A stretch of DNA of 64,000 nucleotides from the NCBI GenBank assembly GCA_963663165.1, contig OY760175.1, positions 4,416,001 through 4,480,000 of the forward strand. The letters run 5' to 3'. This document shows positions 17,965-28,231 of the stretch, one piece after another. A program made the position numbers and the translations under genes. Numbering within the stretch: the stretch's first letter is position 1; every line of letters begins with the position of its first letter. Below the pieces are notes generated by a model. The model ran no database searches, had not been told where the DNA came from, and saw nothing but the letters and a program-made list of their open reading frames with translations. This stretch comes from an uncultured Desulfospira sp. Lineage in GTDB: Bacteria > Desulfobacterota > Desulfobacteria > Desulfobacterales > Desulfobacteraceae.

Positions 17965-18680
17965 CTAACCATCAGGTTGAGCGGTTCGATAAATTCAGGG
18001 TCCTGCTCGTCAATCACGCGGATGGTTTCCTTGTGAAGCCGCTTTTTCAGTTCCCCGAAGATGTTCCTGTTTTTGGTGAAGGTGCCGGCATAGGCCATGG
18101 CTTCGGCCATCAAAGATTCCCGGCTGTCACAGGCCTTGACAATGACCTGTCCTTTTTCTAGTTCCAAGGCGGTCATCCGTTTTCCGGACAACAGCAGTTC
18201 ATTGAACAAGGGTTCGGGAACAGCCTTGCGGACAAACGCGATCATCCCGGGAAGAAAGGGGATCATCACATCCACCTCGGGAAAACAAAAATACCCCTTA
18301 TCGTTTCTCATGAACCTGAAATCACAGGCACAGGTAAGGATGGCGCCATTGCCGAAGGCATGGCCGTTGATGGCCGCAATCACAGGGACCGGAAAGAGAA
18401 GCAGCCGTTTGAACAGGGTGTTCATGTTATACATAAACGCTTTTATGGATTGAAAGTCCTTTTGAGCAAATTGCTGGCCCAACCAGTCCACATCAACCCC
18501 TTGAGAAAAGTTTTTTTCATCCGAAGATGTAAGAACGACGCTGAAAATTTCCTTATCCTCAAGCACCTGATCCAGGCACTGGTTGATCTGCTTCGAGAAT
18601 TCAAGGTTCTGCCGGTTGGCCTCATTGCACATGTCAACCACCGCCACCGTGTTTTCCCTGTGCCATTTAACAACTTCCAT
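17961..18680 (-). CDS. Enoyl-CoA hydratase/isomerase family protein
   Basis: FSQGVD, PVIAAINGHAFGNG, CDFR and FPEV. Confidence 0.9.
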   Translation of the reverse strand: MEVVKWHRENTVAVVDMCNEANRQNLEFSKQINQCLDQVLEDKEIFSVVLTSSDEKNFSQGVDVDWLGQQFAQKDFQSIKAFMYNMNTLFKRLLLFPVPVIAAINGHAFGNGAILTCACDFRFMRNDKGYFCFPEVDVMIPFLPGMIAFVRKAVPEPLFNELLLSGKRMTALELEKGQVIVKACDSRESLMAEAMAYAGTFTKNRNIFGELKKRLHKETIRVIDEQDPEFIEPLNLMVS

Positions 18681-19098
18681 CACATCTCCTTTCTTTGTCG
18701 GCGTTTAGCTTTGGCCCTAAGCCGTCTTTCCTGCTTTTTTCCAAAGGGCGTCCCCCTGCAAATGAATGAATGCCGGACAGCCCGCGGCCATTGTCAGGAT
18801 GGAACTTATACCACCAAACTTGGGTTTTTAAAAGCCGGGGGTGGGAAATCATTTGGCTTTAATAACCAAAACTACTTGAAATTTAAACGCATTATCGCTA
18901 AAGAGATGCCGTCAGTTGTGGGCGGTAAACGCGCAATGAAAAGCAAAGAACCGTTAAAGTAAATCGGCATCTGTTTTTTCGGACGTCCTTGCTTTTCCCT
19001 GTGGACGAACTTCATTGAAAACTTCATTGACAACCCCTGATTTTTTTGACAAGCTTCGCCATGGTACTATATCAAGAGTGGGCTGGTACAATTTTAAA

Positions 19099-19210
19099 AT
19101 GAAACCCCAGCCGAAGCTGGGACAACAGTTTCAATTTTTGTTGTGAACGAAGCGGGTTCTAAACCCCCGGCCGTCCCGGGTTCTGCCCCTTGGGCATGAC
19201 GGTTATAAAA
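19099..19210 (-). repeat. Diverged inverted copy of the ~91-bp repeat
   Basis: 19195-19210 CATGACGGTTATAAAA is the exact reverse complement of 20908-20923. TTTCAATTTTTGTTGTGAACG matches the reversed core. Confidence 0.65.
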
Positions 19211-19227
19211 AAAATTAGGAAGGCGCC

Positions 19228-20907
19228 ATGATAATAGGACTTGATGTTGGCGGCACGCATACCGATGCAGTTCTTATCAGCAGGAACGGAGGGGTTGAAA
19301 AAAAGGTCAAAGTTCCCACAGATCCTGACGATCTATTTAAAAGTGTTCTTTCAGGGTTTAACCTGCTCATGGGCGACACCGACCCTGGGCGCGTCAAGCG
19401 GGTCGTTATTTCCACCACCCTGACAACCAATGCCCTTGTCCAGCAGACCATGGAGCCTGTAGGGATGATTGTGTCCGCCGGTCCCGGCATTGATCCTGAA
19501 TTTTTTCGCACTGGAGACCATTACTACCCCGTGGCCGGCTCCATCAACCACCGGGGCAGGGAAAAGGCCCCGGTAAATGAAATGCAGATTGAGGATATTG
19601 TCAAGAAATTAAAAAAAGACAAAATCGAATACGTGGGCGTGGTCAGCAAGTTCTGCGTTCGAAACCCGTCCCATGAAATCCTGATTAAACGGATACTGAA
19701 CAAACATTTTAAAAAGGTATTTCTAGGTCATCATGTTTCAGGAAATTTGAACTTTCCCCGGCGAATCGCCACCACCCACCTGAATGCCGCTGTTTTCGCA
19801 CTGCATAAAAATTTCTTTGAAGCCGTCAAGCATTCTCTGGAAGAAAAAGGGCTGCGGGTTCCCATTCATATCCTCAAGGCGGACGGGGGAACCATGACAC
19901 TGGAATCTTCCATGGCCTTTCCGGGGCAGACCGTTCTTTCCGGCCCTGCGGCAAGTATCATGGGGGCTATTCCCCATGCGCCTGAAAAACAGGACGCCAT
20001 TGTGCTGGATATCGGGGGGACCACCACGGATATTGCCTTTTTAGTGGACAAAGCCCCTCTTTTGGAGCCCGTGGGCATCCAGAGAGGCCGGTACAAGAGC
20101 CTGATCCGGTCGCTGAGAACCGACTCCAAAGGCATTGGCGGTGATTCCGCCCTCAGGGTGGACGAATCAGGCCAGCTGACTGTTGGGCCGGACCGGAAAG
20201 GACCTGCCATGGCATTTGGGGGCCCTATGCCCACGCCGACGGATGCGTTAGTGGTTCTTGGCCTAATGGATGAGGGGAACCGGGAAAAGGCCACTGAAGG
20301 GATCCATGGCATTGCCCTGCAGCTCGGATTAGAAGACACGGACGCTGCTGAAGCCATATTTAAAAAATGCTGTTCCATTATTTTGAAAAAAACCTTTGAA
20401 ATGATTGACCAGATCAACTCAATGCCCGTGTATACGGTCCATGAGTTTTTAGAGGGGTATAAGCTCAGCCCGAGCAAGATCCTGATTCTTGGCGGGCCGT
20501 CCAAATATTTTGCAGAAAAAATCGAAGATATGTACCAGATTGAAACCGTTGCCGTTCCGGAATCTGCCGTGGCCAACGCCATTGGCGCGGCCTGTGCCCG
20601 GACCACCTGCGAGGTTTCCTTGAACGCCGATACGGAACAAGGTGTTGTCACCGCCCATGAGGAAGACTTTGCCGAGCCTATCTCCAAGACCTTTTCCGAG
20701 GATGACCTGATCGAAACCGCCTATGGGTTGTTAAAGGAAAAGGCCATCAACTCCGGTGCGGATTCAGAAAATCTGGATGAGGTGGAAGTGGTTGAATTTC
20801 AGAAGTTCAACATTGTCAGGAATTTTTCTCCAAAAGGGAAAATCTACCGGACAAAGATCCAGATCAAACCGGGCCTGATTAAAGGGTATGAAACCGTTCT
20901 CCAGTAA
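19228..20907 (+). CDS. Hydantoinase/oxoprolinase (HyuA-like) ATP-dependent protein
   Basis: GLDVGGTHTDAV, STTL.TN, SGPAAS, DIGGTTTDI, GIGGDS and PTPTDA. Confidence 0.9.
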   Translation: MIIGLDVGGTHTDAVLISRNGGVEKKVKVPTDPDDLFKSVLSGFNLLMGDTDPGRVKRVVISTTLTTNALVQQTMEPVGMIVSAGPGIDPEFFRTGDHYYPVAGSINHRGREKAPVNEMQIEDIVKKLKKDKIEYVGVVSKFCVRNPSHEILIKRILNKHFKKVFLGHHVSGNLNFPRRIATTHLNAAVFALHKNFFEAVKHSLEEKGLRVPIHILKADGGTMTLESSMAFPGQTVLSGPAASIMGAIPHAPEKQDAIVLDIGGTTTDIAFLVDKAPLLEPVGIQRGRYKSLIRSLRTDSKGIGGDSALRVDESGQLTVGPDRKGPAMAFGGPMPTPTDALVVLGLMDEGNREKATEGIHGIALQLGLEDTDAAEAIFKKCCSIILKKTFEMIDQINSMPVYTVHEFLEGYKLSPSKILILGGPSKYFAEKIEDMYQIETVAVPESAVANAIGAACARTTCEVSLNADTEQGVVTAHEEDFAEPISKTFSEDDLIETAYGLLKEKAINSGADSENLDEVEVVEFQKFNIVRNFSPKGKIYRTKIQIKPGLIKGYETVLQ

Positions 20908-20910
20908 TTT

Positions 20911-21187
20911 TATAACCGTCATGGACGGCTTGGATTATCCAGCCAGGAAGCGTCCACAACAAATAATGAAAGTCATCTCAGGATGTTGGTGAGACTTTCA
21001 TATAAACGGCCACGGGCCGTCTTGGTTATCTAACCAGGAACCGCCCACAACAGATAATGAAAGTCATCTCAGGATGTTGGTGAGACTTTCATATAAACCG
21101 TCACGGACGGCTTGGATTATCCAACCAAGCACCGTCCACAACGAAAAATGAAAGTCTTTTCGGCTTGTTAATGAGACTTTCATATAA
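20911..21187 (+). repeat. Three tandem 90-91-bp structured repeats
   Basis: Units 20911-21000, 21001-21091 and 21092-21182. Each reads TATAA-hairpin-CGYCCACAAC-N-ATGAAAGTC...GACTTTCA, with TATAA after the last. Confidence 0.93.
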
Positions 21188-21201
21188 AATTTGAGGGAAT
21201 C

Positions 21202-22518
21202 ATGTTAAAAGCGTTGAACAAAACAGGCCTTGTGTTTTTCCCCGCATTTGACTGGGCGATTGACCCCACCCATCCGGAACGGGAAGAGCGCCTTTTATAC
21301 ACCCAGGATCAGGTCATGGAAGAAGGGATATTTGACATCCCCGGGATTATTGAATACAAGCCTGACCTGGTGACTCCCGAAGACATTCAAAGAGCCCATT
21401 TCTGCGTTCCTGATGAAAGAAGCATTACCACAGAATCTCACTTGATCAGCTCCGGCGGCGCCAAGATCATTGCCGATGCGGTCCTCAAAAAAGAAGTTAA
21501 AAATGGTTTTGCCCTTGTCCGTCCCCCGGGACACCACTCCATGAGGGTTTCCCATGGCGGCAGGGGGTTCTGTCATATCAATATTGAAGCGGTCATGGTG
21601 GAGTATATCCGGTCCCATTACGGGGTGAAAAAGATTGCCATTGTTGACACGGATTGCCACCATGGGGACGGGACAAACGATATCTACTGGCATGACCCGG
21701 ATGTCCTGTTTATCTCCCTTCACCAGGACGGCCGGACCATGTATCCGGGCACCGGGTTTCCCGGCGAACTCGGCGGCCCCAATGCCAAGGGAACCAACCT
21801 GAATATTCCCCTGCCTCCGGGCACCTCCACCGAAGGATATCTTTATGTGATCCGCAACTGTGTCCTGCCCGTTTTAGAAGAGTTCAAGCCGGACATTGTG
21901 GTCAATTCCGCAGGCCAGGACAACCATTATACCGACCCGTTGACCAATATGAACTTTTCCGCCCAGGGGTATGCCAAGCTGACCAGCATGTTAAAACCCG
22001 ACATTGCGGTTCTCGAAGGCGGGTATGCCATTGAAGGGGCACTGCCTTATGTCAATTTAGGGATTATTCTGGCCATGGCCGGCATTGATTATTCGGGGGT
22101 GGTGGAGCCTGATTACAACCCGGAAAGGCTCAAGCAGTCCGTGAGCGTGACCGACAAGATCAAGAAGACCACAGACCAGATCAACGGCTATTGGGCAAAA
22201 CGGGATATCTTAAGGGAACAGGCCGGTCCGCCCGGCGAGTTGCTGGTCCGCCACCGGGAAATTTTTTATGATACGGACAATATTTTCGAGCGTCAAAAGG
22301 AAAAAATCTGGACCTGCAGGGATTGCGGCGGCAGCTTTGAAATTGACTCCAAAGGTGCCCCGGGCCTTCACATTCTCGGGGTTCACATTCCCATCAACGC
22401 CTGCCAGGCCTGCATTGAAAGGGGATATGAATTTTATGACAAGGCCGATCCGAAAAAATTTGACCGGGTCTTTCTCCAGGACCGGCCAAAAGACGAGTAT
22501 CTGGTAAAAAAAAAATAA
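21202..22518 (+). CDS. Histone deacetylase-family amidohydrolase with C-terminal CxxC/CxxC extension
   Basis: HPE, RPPGHH, GFC, DTDCHHGDGT, SLHQ, AGQD and LEGGY. Confidence 0.92.
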   Translation: MLKALNKTGLVFFPAFDWAIDPTHPEREERLLYTQDQVMEEGIFDIPGIIEYKPDLVTPEDIQRAHFCVPDERSITTESHLISSGGAKIIADAVLKKEVKNGFALVRPPGHHSMRVSHGGRGFCHINIEAVMVEYIRSHYGVKKIAIVDTDCHHGDGTNDIYWHDPDVLFISLHQDGRTMYPGTGFPGELGGPNAKGTNLNIPLPPGTSTEGYLYVIRNCVLPVLEEFKPDIVVNSAGQDNHYTDPLTNMNFSAQGYAKLTSMLKPDIAVLEGGYAIEGALPYVNLGIILAMAGIDYSGVVEPDYNPERLKQSVSVTDKIKKTTDQINGYWAKRDILREQAGPPGELLVRHREIFYDTDNIFERQKEKIWTCRDCGGSFEIDSKGAPGLHILGVHIPINACQACIERGYEFYDKADPKKFDRVFLQDRPKDEYLVKKK

Positions 22519-22534
22519 AAGGGTCTTTCCGGCG

Positions 22535-23455
22535 TTGGGCGGGCGGTTTGAAAATTTGAAAATTCGTTCCCTTGTGATTGGGTTCACAAGGGAATTTTTT
22601 ATTCAGGAGGGATACCTTGAGGTAGAGACCCCTGTCATGGGGCCGGCCGTTATCCCCGAGGCCCATATTGACCCGGTCACGGCCGGCGGTTCAGGGGGGG
22701 GGCTTGGGTATCTTCAGGCCTCCCCGGAGCTTTGTATGAAACGGCTTTTATCCCGGGGCCTTCCCAAGATTTTCCAGATCTGCAAATGCTTCCGGAAAAA
22801 TGAACGCGGGGAACGGCACCTGCCGGAACTGACCATGCTTGAATGGTATGCGGCCCATGAAACCTATCATGATCTGATGACCCAGTGTGAAAATCTTTTC
22901 CGGTTTATTGCCAAAAGACTTGGCAGGGGAACCACCCTTGAGTACCAGGGAAAATCCATTGACCTTTCCCCTGAGTTTAAGCGGATTTCCGTGTCCCGGG
23001 CCTTTGAAGATTATACGGATGTCACCATGGCCCGGGCCATTGAAACGGACCGGTTTGATGAACTTATGGGCTTTAACATCGAACCTGGCTTAGGCCTTGA
23101 CCGGCCCTGTATCCTTTACGATTACCCGGCCTGTTTTGCCAGTCTTGCCATGCTCAGACAAGACTGTCCGGATCTTGCCCAGCGGTTTGAACTCTACGTT
23201 GCCGGCATTGAGCTGGCCAACGGGTTTACCGAGCTTACGGATTCGAAAACCTTACGGCAGCGGTTTATCAAAGAAAACCAGATCCGGCAGGACCGGGGCA
23301 TGGAAAGCCTTCCCATCCCCGAAAAATTCTTACAGGACCTTAGCGCCATGCCGCCGGCCGCCGGAATCGCTTTGGGGCTGGACCGTCTGGCCATGCTGTT
23401 CTGTAATGCCGGTGCCATTGACGATGTGGTGGCCTTTACCCCGGAACAGCTGTGA
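22535..23455 (+). CDS. epmA: EF-P lysine aminoacylase (GenX/PoxA)
   Basis: LEVETP, YLQASPELCMKRLL, FR.NE.G..HLPE.TMLEWY, ELANGF.EL and GIALGLDRL. Start codon uncertain. Confidence 0.92.
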   Translation: MGGRFENLKIRSLVIGFTREFFIQEGYLEVETPVMGPAVIPEAHIDPVTAGGSGGGLGYLQASPELCMKRLLSRGLPKIFQICKCFRKNERGERHLPELTMLEWYAAHETYHDLMTQCENLFRFIAKRLGRGTTLEYQGKSIDLSPEFKRISVSRAFEDYTDVTMARAIETDRFDELMGFNIEPGLGLDRPCILYDYPACFASLAMLRQDCPDLAQRFELYVAGIELANGFTELTDSKTLRQRFIKENQIRQDRGMESLPIPEKFLQDLSAMPPAAGIALGLDRLAMLFCNAGAIDDVVAFTPEQL

Positions 23456-23695
23456 TGGCCGGCGCTTTTTACTTTTTTCGCTTCTTTGACATTCCAAATA
23501 TGAAGCACTTATGATACGATTGGTCTATCCAAGGAAAACTAACACGTTGAAAATTCAAGACATGTGAGGCTGTCTATCTCTTCAGATAAAAAAATAATGC
23601 CGGGTTTGTCGCGTATTATGCGTACTCTGGGATGAAAGGGGCTAACGCTGTTTTTGGACCGTTACCCGGTATTTACCCAAAGAAATAGAGGTGAC

Positions 23696-24175
23696 ATGGA
23701 ACATATTGTCGGTATAGCAGACATGAAAGTCAGCAATCATTCGGGAGACACCATTGTGGCCCCCGCACTGGGTTCAGGTATCGGGCTTGGGGTATATGAC
23801 CTGAGCGCCCGGGTGGGGGGGATACTTCATTACATTCTGACGGATTCTTCCATTGATGAAACCAAGGCACAAACCCAGCCGCTCATGTTTGCGGACACCG
23901 GTATTCCCACATTGTTTGAACAGGTTTATCGGCTGGGTGCTGAAAAAGACAGGCTCAGGGTCTTTGTTGCCGGCGGTGCCCAGTTTATGGACCAGGAGGG
24001 GGGTTTTAATATCGGGCAGCGAAATTACACGGCCTTAACCCGGATACTGGCCCGTGAGAATATTCCCATCTGGAAACAGGCCGTGGGCGGCAATTTTAAC
24101 CGGACAGCCAGAATGGACATCACCACCGGCCGGATCTCTTTGGAAACGTCAGGGCAAGGCGAGGTGCAGTTATGA
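23696..24175 (+). CDS. cheD: CheD-family protein (catalytic Cys replaced by Gly)
   Basis: VGIADMKV, LGS(G), GGILH, FADTGI, AGGA and IGQRN. Confidence 0.88.
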   Translation: MEHIVGIADMKVSNHSGDTIVAPALGSGIGLGVYDLSARVGGILHYILTDSSIDETKAQTQPLMFADTGIPTLFEQVYRLGAEKDRLRVFVAGGAQFMDQEGGFNIGQRNYTALTRILARENIPIWKQAVGGNFNRTARMDITTGRISLETSGQGEVQL

Positions 24176-25020
24176 CAAACTTTCAGGAAATGGCCCGGGA
24201 AATCAAAAGTTTGACGCCCATCCCCGCCGTGGCCATGACGCTTTTAGAGATGGTGGAAGACCCCAACAAGACCATGAACGATGTCACCAATGTAATCCAG
24301 TATGACCCGGCCATCACCGCCGATGTCCTTCGAAGCGCCAACTCAGCATACTTTGGATTGAAATACCCGGCTGAAACCATCTCGGATGCGGCCAAAATGT
24401 TGGGTATGGACCGTCTTGTGGAGATTGTCCTGCTGAAAGTGGCGGCCAAGATAACCCAGGGGCCTTTGGGCGGATACGGCCTGCATGAAGGGGCCCTGTG
24501 GCAGTATTCGGTATCATCGGCCCTTATAGCAAAACAGGTGGCGGTCCAGCTCGGCCTGCCCCATACGTGCAGCATATTTACCGCAGCCCTTCTCAAGGAT
24601 ATTGGTAAAACCGTGATGGATAAATATATCCGGAACGCCCATGAAAAAATTTCCGACCTGGTGATCAATGAGCATTTCAGCTTCATGGAGGCGGAGAAAG
24701 AGGTCATCGGCGTGGACCATGCCGAACTTGGCGGGATGATGGCCCGGATATGGAAATTCTCCCCCAAAATGGTAATGATCATCAGCAATCATCATCTTTC
24801 CCGGGAAGACATGGTAAAGGACAAAGACATGACCGTGGTCTATCTGGCCGATTGTATCTGCATGATGATGGGCATGGGGGTTGGCGCGGACGGCCTGGCC
24901 TACCGGTTCCATCGCAAGGCCATGGAAAGTATCGGCATTTCAGCCGATGATATCGCCGGCATCATGGCCGACTTCACCTTCCGGATGAAGGAAGTGGAAA
25001 CGCTGTTGCAAATGACCTGA
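24172..25020 (+). CDS. HDOD domain protein
   Basis: DPAITA.VLR.ANSAYFG, LW.YS, LLKDIGK and E....GVDHAELG....W.F. Confidence 0.9.
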   Translation: MTNFQEMAREIKSLTPIPAVAMTLLEMVEDPNKTMNDVTNVIQYDPAITADVLRSANSAYFGLKYPAETISDAAKMLGMDRLVEIVLLKVAAKITQGPLGGYGLHEGALWQYSVSSALIAKQVAVQLGLPHTCSIFTAALLKDIGKTVMDKYIRNAHEKISDLVINEHFSFMEAEKEVIGVDHAELGGMMARIWKFSPKMVMIISNHHLSREDMVKDKDMTVVYLADCICMMMGMGVGADGLAYRFHRKAMESIGISADDIAGIMADFTFRMKEVETLLQMT

Positions 25021-25041
25021 CCACCCGCCATTTAAAACGGT

Positions 25042-25683
25042 TCACATCATTCCTGCCGGTTTAACATGTTTGTTGATCAGCCTTACGGCAATCAAGCTCC
25101 CGGCGACAGCCGCCAGAAAGGAGACCGCCACCTGGGCGAAAAACAGGGGAACTGTGACCTTGTCCATGAGCCCTGCAAAAAAGGGGTCTACCTGGGCGGT
25201 CCGGGCGATGGTATGGCTGTCCTTCATCAACAGCAACGGACAGCCGTTGGCCACGGCAAGGATGGTGGCATAAAAGCTGTACCCTGCCGATATTACGCCT
25301 AAATTTTCAGATCCCCTGGTCCGGATAAACCAGTCTGCCGCAAGGCCTGCCGGCAAAGCCATCGCCAGAATCTGCCAGAATCCCATGGCAAGCCCCATAA
25401 ATCCCCACACCCCGGCGTTAACGGCAAGGGCCCGGCCCGGCACCTTGATCACCATGAAAATATACACCGTGGCCAATAACAGGTTTTCAAATGCCTGGTG
25501 AAAATAGGAAAGGATAAAGAGCCCGGCCAGGGAATGAACGGCATACAGGATGTGGCTGAGCATCAGTATCAGGCTGTTGAAAATGCCGGCCATTATCAGG
25601 TGGGACATGGCCCTGCCCGTGCCCGAAAGAATGATATCACAGCTTTTGGGGCTAAAGGCCTTTTCTTCTGGTTGCGGTCGCAT
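25042..25683 (-). CDS. MptD-like ECF transporter S component
   Basis: About 6 TM segments, KVP motif, C-terminal L..KH.K.AG, and linkage to EcfT/ATPase. Confidence 0.7.
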   Translation of the reverse strand: MRPQPEEKAFSPKSCDIILSGTGRAMSHLIMAGIFNSLILMLSHILYAVHSLAGLFILSYFHQAFENLLLATVYIFMVIKVPGRALAVNAGVWGFMGLAMGFWQILAMALPAGLAADWFIRTRGSENLGVISAGYSFYATILAVANGCPLLLMKDSHTIARTAQVDPFFAGLMDKVTVPLFFAQVAVSFLAAVAGSLIAVRLINKHVKPAGMM

Positions 25684-25691
25684 ATGTTTGC

Positions 25692-27806
25692 TTAAAACCG
25701 CCAGACAACCGACAGGCCCGCACAGAACGGCTCCCCGTCCTGGACCAGTTCCATGCCGTCCCAGTCGTATTTGATGGTATGGTATTTCTTGTCAAACACG
25801 TTTTTTCCCCAGACATAGATATCAAACGTTTCTGTTTCATATCCCAGTTTAAGATTGACCAGGGCATAGGCATCTTCCTTGACCGTATTGGCGTGATCCC
25901 CGTAAAAAGACCCCACCCCGTTGACATCAGCCCGCATGAAAAACCCGTTCAAAAAACGGTATTGGGCGCCCAGGCTGAAGGTGTACTCCGGCACATTGGG
26001 AAGATCTTTTCCGGAATAGTCGTTTTTTTCGTAACCGGTATAAGTATCGTTCCACTCTGTGGCGATCCAGTCGTCGTATTCACCCCGGATCAGCCCTAAG
26101 CCTGCCGAAAGATCAAGCCCCCGGCACGGCCTGGCCGAAATCTCCAATTCAATCCCCTGGGTATGGGCCTTGGCGGCGTTGTCCACTTTTGTCCCGGGAT
26201 TGGCTCCGGAAATCTGTTCATACACCTGCTTGTCCGAAATTTTCAAATAAAATGCAGACAGGCTTGCTGCCAGACGGCCATCCAGAAAAGAGGCCTTGAT
26301 GCCGGCCTCATAATTCCAGACATACTCGGGGTCATAGGTAAGGGTTTGGGTGTCCACGGCCAGGGAATAATTGTATCCGCCGGCCAGGAAACCTTTTGAC
26401 ACAACTGCGTAAGTATAGATATCGTCCGTTAAATCAACCCCTATAGAAAACCGGGGAAGGAGTTCCCTGAAATTCTGATCTTCAGACAGGTTCCTGGCAC
26501 CCATGCCCCCTGTATTATAGTCGTAGTAGCTTTGATGGTTTTCCCCTTCCTGGAACTGGGCGTCATATCTTAAGCCGGCACTGATGTGAAGCCGGTTAAA
26601 AAAAGTATAAGTTGCGTTGCCGAAAAAGGCATATCCGTTGTTGTCAATATCGGTTAAGCTGTCTTCCATGGAAACGGCATTGGTCTGTGTGATCCGGGTA
26701 TCTTCCTTGAATGCGTAAAGCCCGGCAAGCCAGGTAAACGGCGTGTCTTTGGCCGAGGAAACCCTGAATTCCTGGGTCAGGATCGTGTCGTCATAGTCGG
26801 ACACCACCTCTCCCCAGTTGTTCATGGGATCACTGGTACAGTCATAATCCTGCTGGTTGTTGTTCTCATAATCCCTGCGGCCGGTTACGGAAAGAAATTC
26901 AAGGGCCTTAGTTCTATACTTGATTTTAAGGACCTGGCCGTTTCCGTCTTCATCTGACCAGTCCGTTTCCTCATGGCTGACGGTATACGGGTCGGTGACA
27001 TAGCCACCGGTTTCAAACCGGTACACCCCGATATGGTCCTTGTTTTTCATGGCATCGGCAATAAAAGAAACCTCCAGAGCTTCAGAGGGCGTGTACCGCA
27101 GTGACACCCGGCCATTGTAACGGTCCATCTTTGAGGCATCATCTTCATTGGTTGCCAGGTTGGTTGTAACGCCCTGGCTGTTTTCCCACATACCGGCCAC
27201 CCCGAAATACAGCCGGTCTTTTTGCACGGGTCCAGACAGGCTCAGTCTGGCCCTGGCTGTCATGGGATCGCCGTCAATGGACGGATAGGCCCCGGCATCC
27301 AGGGCCACCCGCCCGGAAAATGTATTGCCCGGCTGCCGGGTGATCACATTGATGACCCCGGACTCGGAATTGCCGCCGTACAAAGTGCCTTGAGGCCCTT
27401 TAAGCACTTCCAGACGTTCCAGGTCAAAAAAATCAATGTTGTGCATATAGTGCAGCGGCAGCAGCACATCATCCACATAAAAGGCCGCAGGAGAATAGAC
27501 CGATGAATCAAAAGGCGTAATTCCCCGGATGGTGATCATGTTCTCGGAGGTGGACTTTTTCATATAAACGTTGGGCGCAAACCGGGTCATTTCAAGGCAA
27601 TTGCCGATACCGGCATTTTCCAGCCGCTGACTGGAAAAGACAGATACGGACACCGGGATCTTCAAGGCGTCCTCTTCGATCTTTTGTGCGGTAACAATCA
27701 GGGTTTCGAGTTGTTCCCGGTCAGACAACTCCGATCCGAATACCGGGGCTGTGATCATCAGCAGACCGGCCAGGATTCCGGCCGGATATTTTATAGAGCG
27801 TAACAT
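25692..27806 (-). CDS. TonB-dependent outer-membrane receptor
   Basis: Signal peptide, TonB box LETLIVTAQK, LEVLKGPQGTLYG, N.FDKKY and C-terminal Phe. Confidence 0.95.
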   Translation of the reverse strand: MLRSIKYPAGILAGLLMITAPVFGSELSDREQLETLIVTAQKIEEDALKIPVSVSVFSSQRLENAGIGNCLEMTRFAPNVYMKKSTSENMITIRGITPFDSSVYSPAAFYVDDVLLPLHYMHNIDFFDLERLEVLKGPQGTLYGGNSESGVINVITRQPGNTFSGRVALDAGAYPSIDGDPMTARARLSLSGPVQKDRLYFGVAGMWENSQGVTTNLATNEDDASKMDRYNGRVSLRYTPSEALEVSFIADAMKNKDHIGVYRFETGGYVTDPYTVSHEETDWSDEDGNGQVLKIKYRTKALEFLSVTGRRDYENNNQQDYDCTSDPMNNWGEVVSDYDDTILTQEFRVSSAKDTPFTWLAGLYAFKEDTRITQTNAVSMEDSLTDIDNNGYAFFGNATYTFFNRLHISAGLRYDAQFQEGENHQSYYDYNTGGMGARNLSEDQNFRELLPRFSIGVDLTDDIYTYAVVSKGFLAGGYNYSLAVDTQTLTYDPEYVWNYEAGIKASFLDGRLAASLSAFYLKISDKQVYEQISGANPGTKVDNAAKAHTQGIELEISARPCRGLDLSAGLGLIRGEYDDWIATEWNDTYTGYEKNDYSGKDLPNVPEYTFSLGAQYRFLNGFFMRADVNGVGSFYGDHANTVKEDAYALVNLKLGYETETFDIYVWGKNVFDKKYHTIKYDWDGMELVQDGEPFCAGLSVVWRF

Positions 27807-27895
27807 GTCACCCCTTTTTTGTTGAATATTTAGAATTAACTTATAAAATCCTTATACAACAACAAAATAAAGAACGACGAACCATATGGGGTTTA

Positions 27896-28231
27896 TTGCG
27901 TGCCTTTAAAGGTTTTTTGCAGGAGATCTTCTGTTTCCGGCAAGCGGTGGGAACTTATTCAGAACATGACCGGGGCCTTCGGAATATTTATTCCAGACTT
28001 GATGAATACGGTCAGGACTATATTGAAGAACTCATACCCCATGAATATGTTCAGGGGAAAAACCACGGAGTTCCCGACAAAGAAGGCTTTGTGTGGGGTT
28101 ATAAACCGGATGCCGGAGGGTTTGAACCCCAGCTTAAGGAACTCGAATATCGGTTTTGGGATTATCTTAAAAATGCCTGGGAACGCCTGGAAAAAGATTT
28201 CTGGATGCTCAATATCTTGATATTATGGTAA
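27896..28231 (+). other. Hypothetical ORF, probably a gene fragment
   Basis: 111-aa protein-like ORF with a TTG start and no clear RBS; family not recognised. Confidence 0.35.

Noticed and set aside
18900..19210. 6S RNA, SRP RNA or a known riboswitch
   Set aside because: No diagnostic motifs. The structure is better explained by inverted copies of the 91-bp repeat.
20911..21187. CRISPR array
   Set aside because: Whole units are homologous, the would-be spacers of units 1 and 2 are identical or related, solo copies exist elsewhere, and there are no cas genes.
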